Source: a virus. Taken from it: a stretch of 64,000 bases of DNA. Shown here piece after piece: positions 28,701 to 38,438 of the stretch. Location: positions 1 through 64,000 of the IMG/VR virus record IMGVR_UViG_3300032236_000679, one strand, 5' to 3'. Position 1 is the first letter of the stretch, and the number at the start of each line of letters is the position of its first letter. The notes beneath the pieces are model-generated. The model was not told the origin of the DNA. It saw only the letters and a program-made list of their open reading frames with translations, and ran no database searches. A program made the position numbers and the translations under genes.

Positions 28701-30237
28701 TACCTGGACTTCTAACAGTTGTATTTGGATCACCTAGACCCGCTACACCTGTGGGAAAATCAATTCTATTAATTGTAGACCCATTTAAAACAATTTGTCC
28801 GCCGTTTGTAGCAGTATCACCAGTATATGTTGAAACAAATTGAGCAGATGTATTGATATTAGATGAAGTATTGACTGAAGTAAATGAAGCAGTATTTGCT
28901 GTATTAGCACCGATTGGACCAGTATGATATCCAGTTAATTGGCCGCCATTTGTTGTAGTAACTGAAGTAGCGACTACAGTATTAGGAGTATTTGCACCTA
29001 TAGGCCCAGACATGTACCCAATGATTTGACCACCGGCAATAGTTGTTAATGATGTGAATACCCCTGAATTAGCAGTATTCGCGCCAATAATACCAGTTAA
29101 GTATCCTGTTATTTGTCCACCATTAGTTGTTGTAACTGATGTGGCAACAACTGAGTTTGGCGTAGTAGCACCTAATGTTCCATTTAAAGGTCCTGTTACA
29201 GCGCCTTGATATCCACTAGTTGCAGTAAGAGTAGTAAACACACCTGTGTTAGCAGCGTTAGCACCTACGGGACCTGTAATATATCCAGTTAGTTGCCCAC
29301 CGTTTGTTGTAGTAACTGATGTGGCAACTACTGAGTTTGGTGTCGTTGCTCCTAGTGTTCCATTTAGAGGACCACTTACTGCACCTTGATATCCACTAGT
29401 TGCTGTTAATGTTGTGAATACACCAGTATTTGCTGTATTAGCGCCAATTGGGCCAGTTATATAACCTGTAACTTGTCCGCCGCTTGTTGTAGTAACTGAT
29501 GTAGCAACTACGGTATTAGGAGTGTTAGCACCTACGGGACCTGTTAAGTATCCAGTTAGTTGTCCACCATTAGTTGTAGTAACTGATGTAGCAACTACGG
29601 TATTAGGAGTATTGGCGCCAATTGGGCCAGTATGATATCCGGTTAACTGCCCGCCACTTGTTGTAGTAACTGAAGTAGCGACTACAGTATTAGGTGTGTT
29701 AGTTCCAATAGCAGTATTATCAATATAACCGCCAGTAATTATAATATTTCCCGATGCAAAATTACTTAAACTAGCATTAGTAATAGTTGCCCCTGTAACA
29801 GTGATGTTGTTAAACAAACCGCCGTATGCATGAATGTTAGCATATCCACTGTTTGGCAATGCACCGTAATAACTTGTGTTAGTAGTTGCAGAAGTATATA
29901 AAAATGCAAATTCTTTATTTGATTCATTCCAAACAAATGCAGAATTTGTTTGATTTCCTCTGCCTAAAATAAACCCAACATCGTTAGTGTTTACGCCACT
30001 AAAATTTCTATTTAGAGTTATGATTGGGTCAGAAGAGACGATATTAACAGTATCAAGTACTGTAGTGTTACCGTTAACTGTTAAATTGCCAACACTTAAA
30101 TTACCAGAATAAGTTAGGTTTGAAGGAAATAATGAACCGGTAATTGACCCAGGAACAATTTTAGTTGAAGCATGTATATCACTATTGTATACTTGATTAT
30201 TGCGAATTCTGGTTAAAATACCTGTCATTTTATCCAC
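25744..30237 (-). CDS. Large repeat-rich virion structural / fibre protein
   Basis: Many TTTNGGQLTGY.TGPIGANTPN.VVATSV repeats; G.VRFNT...LEF.DG..W and F.GDG.TT.F.L modules of T4-like wedge/fibre proteins. Confidence 0.7.
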   Translation of the reverse strand: MDKMTGILTRIRNNQVYNSDIHASTKIVPGSITGSLFPSNLTYSGNLSVGNLTVNGNTTVLDTVNIVSSDPIITLNRNFSGVNTNDVGFILGRGNQTNSAFVWNESNKEFAFLYTSATTNTSYYGALPNSGYANIHAYGGLFNNITVTGATITNASLSNFASGNIIITGGYIDNTAIGTNTPNTVVATSVTTTSGGQLTGYHTGPIGANTPNTVVATSVTTTNGGQLTGYLTGPVGANTPNTVVATSVTTTSGGQVTGYITGPIGANTANTGVFTTLTATSGYQGAVSGPLNGTLGATTPNSVVATSVTTTNGGQLTGYITGPVGANAANTGVFTTLTATSGYQGAVTGPLNGTLGATTPNSVVATSVTTTNGGQITGYLTGIIGANTANSGVFTSLTTIAGGQIIGYMSGPIGANTPNTVVATSVTTTNGGQLTGYHTGPIGANTANTASFTSVNTSSNINTSAQFVSTYTGDTATNGGQIVLNGSTINRIDFPTGVAGLGDPNTTVRSPGTKIVLWPLVDGSGVDYAIGLTSGVLWNSVHDEARSFKWFANTTPVATLTGTGNLTVTNQMIGYHTGAIGANVPNTGVFTSVTTTNGGQVTGYITGSIGANTANTAAFTTLTSSGLTTFTNTTQATNYNSASVVLSGGLGVVKDTWINGNLTVEGNLLVRGSRVILGADTFSVLDPIVDLHTYANLAPLTLNDTYDIGFKFHYFDIADNAAFLGRANNTGYLEWYDSGTDIANVFNGTSYGTIKAGEVCLANTTASTSTTTGVLRLDGGAGIQGNLFVGGGINGVIGNVTAASGRFTSVTTINGGQITGYMTGPIGANTPNSVVATSVTTTNGGQLTGYHTGPIGANTPNSVVATSVITTNGGQLTGYHTGPIGANTPNSVVATSVITTNGGQLTGYHTGPIGANTPNTIVATSVITTDGGQLTGYLTGAIGANTANTGVFTSVTTTNGGQITGYITGPLGANTPNTVVATSVITTNGGQLTGYLTGPVGANTANTGVFTTLTATSGYQGAVTGPLNGTIGATTPNTGVFTTLTATSGYQGAANGPLNGTLGATTPNSVVATSVTTTNGGQVTGYHTGPIGANTANTGAFTTLTSSSTFIASGNIVANSGTTSTNTTTGSLVVVGGTGISGSVNVGNGINLQGNGYITTDQTTATVFNTTATTVNFAGSATTISVGAATGNTTINNGLVSSSNAWINNSGTASNLVVQGNIAAGYSNLLTTNGSTGRVGIKYAPSAIPQNASFAINASDSIIIPSGSTGSRPSSGTEVAGMVRFNTSTKFLEFWDGTKWATSDAAFTTVTTDSFTGDGVTTVFTLSQSTTTAGTMVMINGVVQIPITSYSVSGYTLTFTEAPLSTDIIDARTILTTTDNSNISGDLTVTGGIRKNARIISTTASLTTADASGFIEFTGASPYTVTLPDPTLANSLGIGYRIWQNTAQNITLSTPTGAFYGPSGSSASTKILAQATTQYWDVWSDGYNWIVFGIKIA
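27481..27780 (-). repeat. Near-perfect 87-nt (29-aa) tandem repeat
   Basis: GTTAGGCGTATTAGC(A/G)CCAATTGGACCAGTATGATAACC... repeated 3+ times at 87-nt spacing; degenerate copies occur in both flanking fibre genes. Confidence 0.9.
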
Positions 30238-30290
30238 TACCTACGAGTTTGTTAGTATTTATTGGAAAAAGGACATAATCAAATTTGCAT

Positions 30291-33044
30291 TTAACCAGTT
30301 TTGCTTTTTAGCATTTCAACTTCTGCTTTTAATTCCTTAATTGCTTCAATTAGTAGTGGTACAATTTTTTCATACTGAACTGTTAGATAATCAGCATTTG
30401 CAGGAGCGGGCTTAACTGCTTCAGGCAATACTGCTTGAATTTCCTGTGCCGAAACGCCAACATGTCTATCTGATGTTGAGAAACCAATAGTAGATGCCAA
30501 TTCATTAAAATTATAAGTGAAGCCACTCAATGAATTTACTTTATCTAATGCATCAGAAATAGACTCAATGTTTGTTTTTAGTCTCATATCAGATGCAAAT
30601 GCAGTAATGTCGCCAACGCAACTAATATAACCAGAACCAGTTACACTCAATGCGCCATTTACAGTCAATCCTGTCAAAGTACCAACACTTGTAATAGCAG
30701 TTTGTGCAGCACCTGTTACCGTTGCAGCAGTACCGCTTGTATTTTGATTAAGGGTTGGAAAACTGCCAGTTGAAACTGAACCAATTACTGCCTGCACATT
30801 AGCAGCAGTTAACCCAGTTACATAAGTTGCTGCTGTTGCTGTTGCAGCAGTACCAGTAGTATTTTGATTAAGTGTTGGGAAACTGCCAGTAGATACGGAA
30901 CCAATTACGTTTTGTACGTTAGCAGCAGTTAAGCCAGTTACATATGTTGCCGAAGTAGCACTACCTGTTAATGTACCAACTAATGATGCACCAGTGTTAC
31001 CAATTGTACCTGCACTTACTGTACTAGCAGTAGTAGCACCTAATGTAGTAGTTCCTGCTACAATTAATCCAGTCAATGCACCCAAACTTGTAATATTAGG
31101 TTGCGAAGAACTTGAACTGTTTAGTGTTCCATATATTACAGCACCAGCATTACCAATTGTACCTGCAAGAATAGCACTTGCAGTAATAGAGTTCATAGTA
31201 GTTGCATAACTAATACCACCCGATGCAATAATTGCACCAGTTACCTGTAGTTGCCCATTAACAGTTAATGCACCAGTAGATAAACTATGAGTTGAAGTAG
31301 AACCTCTATTCAGAACATTGTCAAGTGTTGAACTTTCTGCTGTCAAATAATGATAACCAGCAAGTGTTGTTGCAGTAACATAATTTGCTAAAGTTGAAGT
31401 TAATGTGCTATTAGTAACATATCCACTTAAAGTTGAAGTTAATGAACTAGTAGTAACATAACCTGCTAATAATGCAGCAACTTCTGCGCTTGTAATATCA
31501 CCAGCGCCAAATCCTAAACCGTCGAGATATGCTTTTGTAACGTAGTCGTTTAATGTTGTAGTTAATGCAGTTTTAGTTTCGTAAGAATTTAATGTAGATG
31601 ACAGAGTTGCAGCAGTGACGTAACCACCTAAAGTAGAAGATAAACTTGAAGAAGTTACATAACTTCCTAGTGTAGTAGTTAAACTAGAAGAAGTAACGTA
31701 CCCACTTAAAGTTGATGTTAGTGTATTATTAGTAACGTATCCTGCACCGTTAGTTAACTGACTTGTATCAGTTGGGATACTACTAGGATTAGTCCAACTT
31801 AAATTACCAGAACCATCAGTAGTTAAAATATATCCGTTACTGCCACCAGTAATTTTTACTGATCCGACAGCACCTAAATTACTAGTACCAACCACTGTTA
31901 ATCCAGTTAATGTACCTAAACTAGTAATGCTTGTTTGTGCAGCAGTAGCAATAGTTCCAGTAATAGTTGAATTTGATACCAGTGTTTGTGCTCTAACTTG
32001 GCCAACGAAATTATTCTGAGTTCCGCCTGTGTTAATGTTTCCACCAATACCCGCACCACCTGCAACTCTTAAGGCGCCAGTTGTAGTATCAATACTAGCA
32101 GTAGTTCCGCTAATTGCGAAATCATTTGAACCGCCAAACTTTGTTTGCCCAGTTACAATCAAATCATAGTTACAAACAACATTACCATTTGAGTAAATGT
32201 CCATTGCAGCCAATTGAGTGCCAGTGCTATTACGAACCTTAAAGTTCATAGTTCCTGCATTAGTATTACTGATGATTGCAACATTTGGGTTTGAAGTTGA
32301 TAGATTTAAACTATTAGTTGATCCAACATAAAGTCCATTATTATTTGTAATATTAATAGTACCAGATGTTGTTGTATTCACATCTGTACGCATAAAAGAA
32401 TCAGATGTATAACCGTTTAACTGTATACTATTACTTGCTATACCTGTAAATTTAGCATTAGTTAAAAATGCAGTATTTGCAAGATTTAAACCTGGGCTAA
32501 TAGTTTGAAAGCCAGAAATTGCAGGGCTAGGAGTAAAAGCAGTGGAATTTGATAATATCAGGTAACGACTGCCACCAATACTCATTGAAATAACAGTATG
32601 AGTACCACCTGAAGTATCATGTAGTACCTCAGAAGCAGTACCGCCAGTACCACCAATTGGGCCGACTAATTTATAGTCTTGAATATTGCCGTCATATGCC
32701 CATAACTGACCATTTGTTGTATCCCACCATAGATCACCAACATTATGTGTACCTAAAGGAGCAGTGGCATTAGCAGTAGTAGAACCAACATTTTTCCAAG
32801 CAAGACCAGTCCAAACTTTTAAGATCTTATTTGTACTATCCCACCATAGTTCACCTATAATAGGAGAGGTAGGCGCAGTACCATTTGCTGAATGCTCAAG
32901 CAATCTTATGAAATTCTGACCTAAAATAGCACCATAGTTAGGATAATTTTTTCCTACTAATGTAACTGTAGTTTCAGTGTTTATAGTACCGTCGGGTATT
33001 ACAATCGAATTTGTACCGTTGGTTCGAGTAATAGTATATGCCAT
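30291..33044 (-). CDS. Tail fibre protein with C-terminal peptidase S74 intramolecular chaperone
   Basis: SDMRLKTNI...GVSAQEIQAVLPEAV...V.YEKIVPLLIEAIKEL; internal YVT.SSL.STL.. repeats. Confidence 0.85.
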   Translation of the reverse strand: MAYTITRTNGTNSIVIPDGTINTETTVTLVGKNYPNYGAILGQNFIRLLEHSANGTAPTSPIIGELWWDSTNKILKVWTGLAWKNVGSTTANATAPLGTHNVGDLWWDTTNGQLWAYDGNIQDYKLVGPIGGTGGTASEVLHDTSGGTHTVISMSIGGSRYLILSNSTAFTPSPAISGFQTISPGLNLANTAFLTNAKFTGIASNSIQLNGYTSDSFMRTDVNTTTSGTINITNNNGLYVGSTNSLNLSTSNPNVAIISNTNAGTMNFKVRNSTGTQLAAMDIYSNGNVVCNYDLIVTGQTKFGGSNDFAISGTTASIDTTTGALRVAGGAGIGGNINTGGTQNNFVGQVRAQTLVSNSTITGTIATAAQTSITSLGTLTGLTVVGTSNLGAVGSVKITGGSNGYILTTDGSGNLSWTNPSSIPTDTSQLTNGAGYVTNNTLTSTLSGYVTSSSLTTTLGSYVTSSSLSSTLGGYVTAATLSSTLNSYETKTALTTTLNDYVTKAYLDGLGFGAGDITSAEVAALLAGYVTTSSLTSTLSGYVTNSTLTSTLANYVTATTLAGYHYLTAESSTLDNVLNRGSTSTHSLSTGALTVNGQLQVTGAIIASGGISYATTMNSITASAILAGTIGNAGAVIYGTLNSSSSSQPNITSLGALTGLIVAGTTTLGATTASTVSAGTIGNTGASLVGTLTGSATSATYVTGLTAANVQNVIGSVSTGSFPTLNQNTTGTAATATAATYVTGLTAANVQAVIGSVSTGSFPTLNQNTSGTAATVTGAAQTAITSVGTLTGLTVNGALSVTGSGYISCVGDITAFASDMRLKTNIESISDALDKVNSLSGFTYNFNELASTIGFSTSDRHVGVSAQEIQAVLPEAVKPAPANADYLTVQYEKIVPLLIEAIKELKAEVEMLKSKTG

Positions 33045-33102
33045 CTTTAAAGAGCTCCTACAGCATATTTAGCGACAAATTGTCATTAAATGCAGACACA
33101 TA

Positions 33103-35061
33103 TTATGGCCAACTTCCAGTAACTGCCCACGGTGTTTTTACCCAAATATCATCTGTACCTGTTGTGTAATTTGCAATACAGTAATAGATATTATTGGAGT
33201 CAACAGCAACCATACCTTGCATATCTCCAGATGTACCTTTAGATGTAGTAGGTACATTAGCAACTGATAACATTAACCCATTACTAACAACTAAATTATT
33301 TAAAACTGAGGTATTTGCTTGATCAACTAAAACTACATCAGAATAATTAACACCAAATTTAATGTTTAAATTACTAGTATCTATAGCAATATATGATCCA
33401 TTATCATTAATTTCAGTTACTGATGCAGTTGTTGTTAAACTTCTAACTTCAATAATATCAGTTGATAACGGTGCTTCGTTTAAAGTTAATGTCAGACCGT
33501 TAACAGTATATGCTATGCCTGGAAGTTGACTGACACCGTTAACAGTAACTATTGCACCATTAGTGGTAGTTTCACCCGTTAGAGTAAAATTAGTTTGTGT
33601 ACCATTACCTGTGAACAAATCTGAAACAATAGTAGTAGTTGGCGCAGATGAAATCATCTGCCAAGAAAATCCATCATAAATTTCAAGTGCTGCCAAGTTA
33701 CTGTTAAATCTGATCATTCCTTTAACAGGTACATTGGGACGAGATAAATTATTTCCAACTGGAATTGTCAGTGCCGAAGTTGAATTAATAGAAACTACAC
33801 CATTACCAGGAGCAGTTAAACTAATATTACCATCCACATTAGTTGCTATTATATGATTGTTAGTAATTAACAAATTACCAATCGATGCTCTATAAGGATT
33901 CAACGCACCTGTGTATGAAGGAAGGTATGCACTAACATTAGCATTAGTATAAACTGTGTCAAAACTAGCGCCATTAGCCCAATATACACCAGACGTTGTT
34001 ATGATGTTTCCTATATTTGCATAACTTCCAATTGTTGCTGAAACGAAATTCCCATAACCATTTATGTTTCCATTAATGTTTCCAGTAACATTTAAAACAT
34101 CTCCAACATTAAGTGCTCCGCCAATACCAACACCACCAGCAATAATTGCAGCACCTGTAACTGTACTAGTGCTAACTGAATTATTTGTAATCTGCAAAAT
34201 TTCAGCACTATTAAATTCTTTTTGAGTTACTGCTACTGTTACTGATTTAGATCCAGTTGAATTAGTTGTTAAATTAATACCCTTTCCTGCAACAAATTCA
34301 ATTGTATCAACTGGATCTGCTGTTAAAGTTTGTTGTCCTTGTACAATGACATTGCTAAAAGATCCTGCTGAAGCAACTTTAACAATACCAAAACCTTGTG
34401 TTGTTACTTTAAAACCAGAATTTTTATCAAATCTAATTGAATCAATTGCACTGTATGAATTTGAAGTTGTATAGCCTGTAACTTCACTAACAATAACAGG
34501 AGATCCTGTAAATATTTCACCATTTGCATAATAATATCTATCAGCCAACACACTTTTACTAGTCACTGAACTTGAAACATTTACATTTTCTGGTAAACTA
34601 AAAGTTGCTTGTTTATTACCTACAGTAACTACAATTTGATTTTGAGTACCTAATAATTTTAAAGGATCTACATAGAGTGATAATGAACTAGTATTAGTTC
34701 CGTCAGATATAGTTGCCTGTCCTGAGATTCTAGTATCAACATAATTTTTTGTTGCAGCATCTTGTGCTTTTCTTGGATCTCTAACATCATTAATGAAAGT
34801 GTTATTAACGCTAACATTGCCGGTAGGTTTTAACATCAAATTGCCAACTATTGTGCTAATTGATGTATTTGCCAAAATTAAATTATCAATGGCTGCATTA
34901 CCAACAATAGTAAGTGTTTTGCTTGGCAATGTTGTGTTGATTCCAATGCGACGATTAGACACATCAAAATACATTAAATCGGAATCTATTGCTAAATCAA
35001 CACTATTACGGACTAAGTTGTCCTTAAGCATAGTACCAGCAATCTTACCTAAGAAATTCAT
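33103..35061 (-). CDS. Virion structural (baseplate/fibre) protein
   Basis: RIGINT, DAATKNYVD, GMIRFN...LEIYDG..W, F.GNG..TNF.L modules. Confidence 0.65.
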   Translation of the reverse strand: MNFLGKIAGTMLKDNLVRNSVDLAIDSDLMYFDVSNRRIGINTTLPSKTLTIVGNAAIDNLILANTSISTIVGNLMLKPTGNVSVNNTFINDVRDPRKAQDAATKNYVDTRISGQATISDGTNTSSLSLYVDPLKLLGTQNQIVVTVGNKQATFSLPENVNVSSSVTSKSVLADRYYYANGEIFTGSPVIVSEVTGYTTSNSYSAIDSIRFDKNSGFKVTTQGFGIVKVASAGSFSNVIVQGQQTLTADPVDTIEFVAGKGINLTTNSTGSKSVTVAVTQKEFNSAEILQITNNSVSTSTVTGAAIIAGGVGIGGALNVGDVLNVTGNINGNINGYGNFVSATIGSYANIGNIITTSGVYWANGASFDTVYTNANVSAYLPSYTGALNPYRASIGNLLITNNHIIATNVDGNISLTAPGNGVVSINSTSALTIPVGNNLSRPNVPVKGMIRFNSNLAALEIYDGFSWQMISSAPTTTIVSDLFTGNGTQTNFTLTGETTTNGAIVTVNGVSQLPGIAYTVNGLTLTLNEAPLSTDIIEVRSLTTTASVTEINDNGSYIAIDTSNLNIKFGVNYSDVVLVDQANTSVLNNLVVSNGLMLSVANVPTTSKGTSGDMQGMVAVDSNNIYYCIANYTTGTDDIWVKTPWAVTGSWP

Positions 35062-35097
35062 GTAAAATCCTACCTATGCATTATTTATGGTTAAAGA

Positions 35098-35505
35098 TTA
35101 ATGTGCATCAGTGCTTGAAAAATTATGCAGCACTACAATTGTTTGACCACTAGGTGGTGCAGTAACAAATCTGATACTATTTCCAACAATAATAAATGCA
35201 TCCATTGGATTTTGAAATACGTTACCTACGAAAACAAGCAAGGATAACTCACCAGGAGGTGTTAAACTTAATGCAAAATCAGTTGTAGTGCCATCACCTA
35301 AAAATTGATCTTTAACGATTGCTGCATTTCCAGTAACAGCAAGTTGATACCATCTGTCATTATAAATTTCAAATCTGTCAATATCAGTATTAAAACGAAT
35401 TTGTCCGTTTACTGCTTCTTCAGGTCTAGAAGAAGTTGGGCCGATAGGCACACGGATAGCATTAGATGCTGCTACCAACTCTGTATTTTTTAAATATCGT
35501 CCCAT
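35098..35505 (-). CDS. Small virion structural protein
   Basis: P.G.T..RP....GQIRFNTD...E.Y...W plus F.GDG.TT.F.L module. Confidence 0.6.
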   Translation of the reverse strand: MGRYLKNTELVAASNAIRVPIGPTSSRPEEAVNGQIRFNTDIDRFEIYNDRWYQLAVTGNAAIVKDQFLGDGTTTDFALSLTPPGELSLLVFVGNVFQNPMDAFIIVGNSIRFVTAPPSGQTIVVLHNFSSTDAH

Positions 35506-35517
35506 TCTATTAAACCT

Positions 35518-35829
35518 TTATTGACTAAAATTTGAAACTGTTGCTGAAATCATATAGTTTTCATCTGTTGATGCAAAAATTGCATCACCATTGCTTAAAA
35601 CAATTTTTTCTCTATCTATAACAAATGTATCACTTGCTTCAACTGAAACATTATTATAGATCATATTGATATTAGTTGTATTATCACCATTAGCAACAAG
35701 CCATAAGGAAAACATATGAGCAGAAGTATCTACATTGCAAAAATACATTGTAGTAACTACGTTTGTACCATCTGATGTAAAAATTGCAGTTGGGTTTGTT
35801 GTTAATGAAGTACTTGTAATCGTTGCCAT
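35518..35829 (-). CDS. Hypothetical structural-cluster protein
   Basis: 103-aa beta-rich ORF, AAGGA RBS. Confidence 0.6.
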   Translation of the reverse strand: MATITSTSLTTNPTAIFTSDGTNVVTTMYFCNVDTSAHMFSLWLVANGDNTTNINMIYNNVSVEASDTFVIDREKIVLSNGDAIFASTDENYMISATVSNFSQ

Positions 35830-35838
35830 TTTAAATCC

Positions 35839-36561
35839 TTAACTAAACACAAGGCCTAACCATGTGGCCTTTCTTTTGTTTATCAATTCTTCTGAACCTA
35901 AAGTATTTACAACATATAAACCGCTGCCGCCTGCGCCTGGTGCATTAGCAATAATTTGAATAGTACTTGCTATATTTGTAGGTGTTGCACCAGTTTGAAA
36001 CTGTAACTTTAGCCCGTCTTTTAGATATGTTTTACCACCATTAGCATCTAACACTATATCGCCTAATGTAGTGCTAATAGTTGCATTGTTAGAAATTATC
36101 GTGTTTCCAATTTGAACATTGCCATTTGAAAAATAATTAAATTGTGAATTTCCACCTAATGCGCCTGCATTATTAAATTGAATTGCTCTATCATTGCTAC
36201 TAGTAACAATTGCGCTGCCACTTGATAGATAACCTTTAGTAACAACATCGTCATTGCTAAGTGGCGATGCTGCTCTTACAACAGTTAATCCGCCATTTAA
36301 TGTACCTGACCAGCAAGATCCTACTTCACTAAACATCCAATAGGTATTTGGTAATATACCGCGATTGACTTTTAATCCGCTAGTTCCAGCAGTGACGCCA
36401 GAACCTAATTCACCAGCATTAAGCAAAAACATATTGTTAGTAATTTGACTGTTGACCGTAGTTGCAGCAGTCTGGGTGCCAGTAACTGTTAAATCGCCGT
36501 GAACTGTCAACCTATTGGTGTATATATTATAATCACCGTCAACTCTTTTAGTGCTTGCCAT
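35839..36561 (-). CDS. Hypothetical structural protein
   Basis: G/T/N-rich; GDLTVTGT and G..QFN..G..GG motifs common in fibres. Confidence 0.6.
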   Translation of the reverse strand: MASTKRVDGDYNIYTNRLTVHGDLTVTGTQTAATTVNSQITNNMFLLNAGELGSGVTAGTSGLKVNRGILPNTYWMFSEVGSCWSGTLNGGLTVVRAASPLSNDDVVTKGYLSSGSAIVTSSNDRAIQFNNAGALGGNSQFNYFSNGNVQIGNTIISNNATISTTLGDIVLDANGGKTYLKDGLKLQFQTGATPTNIASTIQIIANAPGAGGSGLYVVNTLGSEELINKRKATWLGLVFS

Positions 36562-36595
36562 ATCAGTTTCCGTTTAATGTATTTATATGTCATGA

Positions 36596-36623
36596 CAAGA
36601 GGCTGAACAAAGTCAGCCTCTTG
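36596..36623 (-). terminator. Probable terminator hairpin
   Basis: 11-bp inverted repeat CAAGAGGCTGA/TCAGCCTCTTG just after the stop of 36634..37944; weak U tail. Confidence 0.55.
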
Positions 36624-36633
36624 AAATAGTTAA

Positions 36634-37944
36634 TTAAGCGTTACGAATCTTTACACTTGTTGCCGTTGGATCATCAAATGTCCAATGTACTGCGGTGTTG
36701 TCAGCAAATCTTGCACCACCAGATCCTTGATACTTAATCACAGTTGCCTTATGACCACTAATCTTCTTAACCCAATAGTCATATCCATCAATATCAGTTG
36801 CTTGAATGAATAACCCAGTGCTATCAGTTGGATAAGTTAGGTTTAAAAACTTAGTAGTAGTTGCTGTTCGAACCTTAAATCGACGTGCGCCTTCTTGCTT
36901 AATAATGTCAACAATTGAACTATCACTTACATCAATAGCAATGATGGCATTTTCTTCGTATGCACTACGATTTGCATCACCAGACTGGCTAGCATATTGA
37001 TTACCGTTAGCATCAAGTTGATCAGTTGTTAGAACAAGTGTACCAACAGCAGTAACTTCACCACCGCCAGAAGTTGAAGTAAATGTTACAGATTCAGTTC
37101 CGATATAACCCGAACCTTCTTCAGTAGCAGCAAGATATGCTGCACCATAGCCAACATCTAATTTACAACCAGTACCGCCTGCAGGTGCTACAGTTGTTGT
37201 ATTATTTGTGCCAGTATAGAATGGACTCATACCATAATAATAATCAGCACTTGAAACAACAACAGCAGATTCAACACCATAAGTAAATGTTACCGAGCCG
37301 CCGCCGCCATTATTATCACCGGCACCTGAGCCATTGTAGTCACCAGATGCACGAGTGTTATATCCAGTAGGTGTTGAACTACCGCCAGTTGGACCAGCAA
37401 CAATAGTTTGTGCTGTTGTTGGAGCATGAGTACCATCAGTTCCATCCCAAACACCATATATAGATGTACCAGCATTATAACCTGTTAAATGGTGACCACC
37501 ATCTGCTGTTACACCCTTAAGGATGGTTGGACTGGTCCAATGGCTATTAATAAATTGATCCCAAACGATCCATTCAGTACCATCCCATGTACTACTAGAA
37601 CCTGCTGTGTTTAGTGAAGCACTAATAACACGTAGTTTTGTAACTTGCCATGTTGTGCCGTTACGATCAGTTAGAATATCACCAATTTGATATCCAGTAC
37701 CTTTTGAACTATTATAGGGATTACAGTTAAGTGCTACACTGTGTAGTACACCTGCTGCTTGTACACCAGTTGGAATGCTAGGTGCAGGGAAAGAAGCAAC
37801 TGTTGGAAGACGGTTGATATAGTTGCCTTGATTACTAAAACTAAAATTAGCAATACCTTCGCCGCCAATCTTATTATCATTAACTGTGCTTGCTGAACCG
37901 ACGTTACGGTTACCAAAATATTTCTTATTAAGTGGACGTCCCAT
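36634..37944 (-). CDS. Virion structural protein (MGRPLNKKYFG type)
   Basis: 436-aa G/T-rich ORF with strong AAGGAG RBS within the late cluster. Confidence 0.65.
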   Translation of the reverse strand: MGRPLNKKYFGNRNVGSASTVNDNKIGGEGIANFSFSNQGNYINRLPTVASFPAPSIPTGVQAAGVLHSVALNCNPYNSSKGTGYQIGDILTDRNGTTWQVTKLRVISASLNTAGSSSTWDGTEWIVWDQFINSHWTSPTILKGVTADGGHHLTGYNAGTSIYGVWDGTDGTHAPTTAQTIVAGPTGGSSTPTGYNTRASGDYNGSGAGDNNGGGGSVTFTYGVESAVVVSSADYYYGMSPFYTGTNNTTTVAPAGGTGCKLDVGYGAAYLAATEEGSGYIGTESVTFTSTSGGGEVTAVGTLVLTTDQLDANGNQYASQSGDANRSAYEENAIIAIDVSDSSIVDIIKQEGARRFKVRTATTTKFLNLTYPTDSTGLFIQATDIDGYDYWVKKISGHKATVIKYQGSGGARFADNTAVHWTFDDPTATSVKIRNA

Positions 37945-37954
37945 GATAAACTCC

Positions 37955-38359
37955 TTATGCGCCAGGGATTGAAACTACATCGCCTGAGGCGCTGCCAAAT
38001 TTCCATTGATATTTGTTACCGTTGAAATCAATAACAAACTTATTAGTTAAACGTGCAATTCTAAATGTGCTACCAACAGCAGGAGTTGCTGTAATTGACA
38101 TTTCATGAACAGTAAGACTGCCTACAGCCTTGTCTACTAATGTACAAACATCAGTATATGTTCCGTCAGTTACTAAGAACTTGCTCTTACCTTTAGCACG
38201 AATAATGCTTGCGTTTGCAGCACTTCCACCGTATGGATATGCTTTAACTTGTATCTGATTGCCACTGATTGAGGTTAGACCACCGGTACCACCAATAGTA
38301 GCAGTGCTGTCAAAACCTACGTTTACTGTGGCAGATTTCTGAATCTTAAACTTTGCCAT
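37955..38359 (-). CDS. Hypothetical structural protein
   Basis: Start moved to MAKFKIQK (AGGAG RBS). I..KG..KF.V and KLTNKFV resemble the C-terminus of the adjacent 36634..37944 product. Confidence 0.6.
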   Translation of the reverse strand: MAKFKIQKSATVNVGFDSTATIGGTGGLTSISGNQIQVKAYPYGGSAANASIIRAKGKSKFLVTDGTYTDVCTLVDKAVGSLTVHEMSITATPAVGSTFRIARLTNKFVIDFNGNKYQWKFGSASGDVVSIPGA

Positions 38360-38438
38360 TTTATTCTCCTTTGTGACGTTCCAGGTCAGTCGGCTGGCTA
38401 AAACCGCAGTCTTAAACGACAAAGTATTTATTGTAAAA

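Noticed and set aside
21600-31209. Numerous + strand ORFs (V/P/A-rich) over the fibre genes
   Set aside because: Antisense shadows caused by repeat codon bias of the real minus-strand genes.
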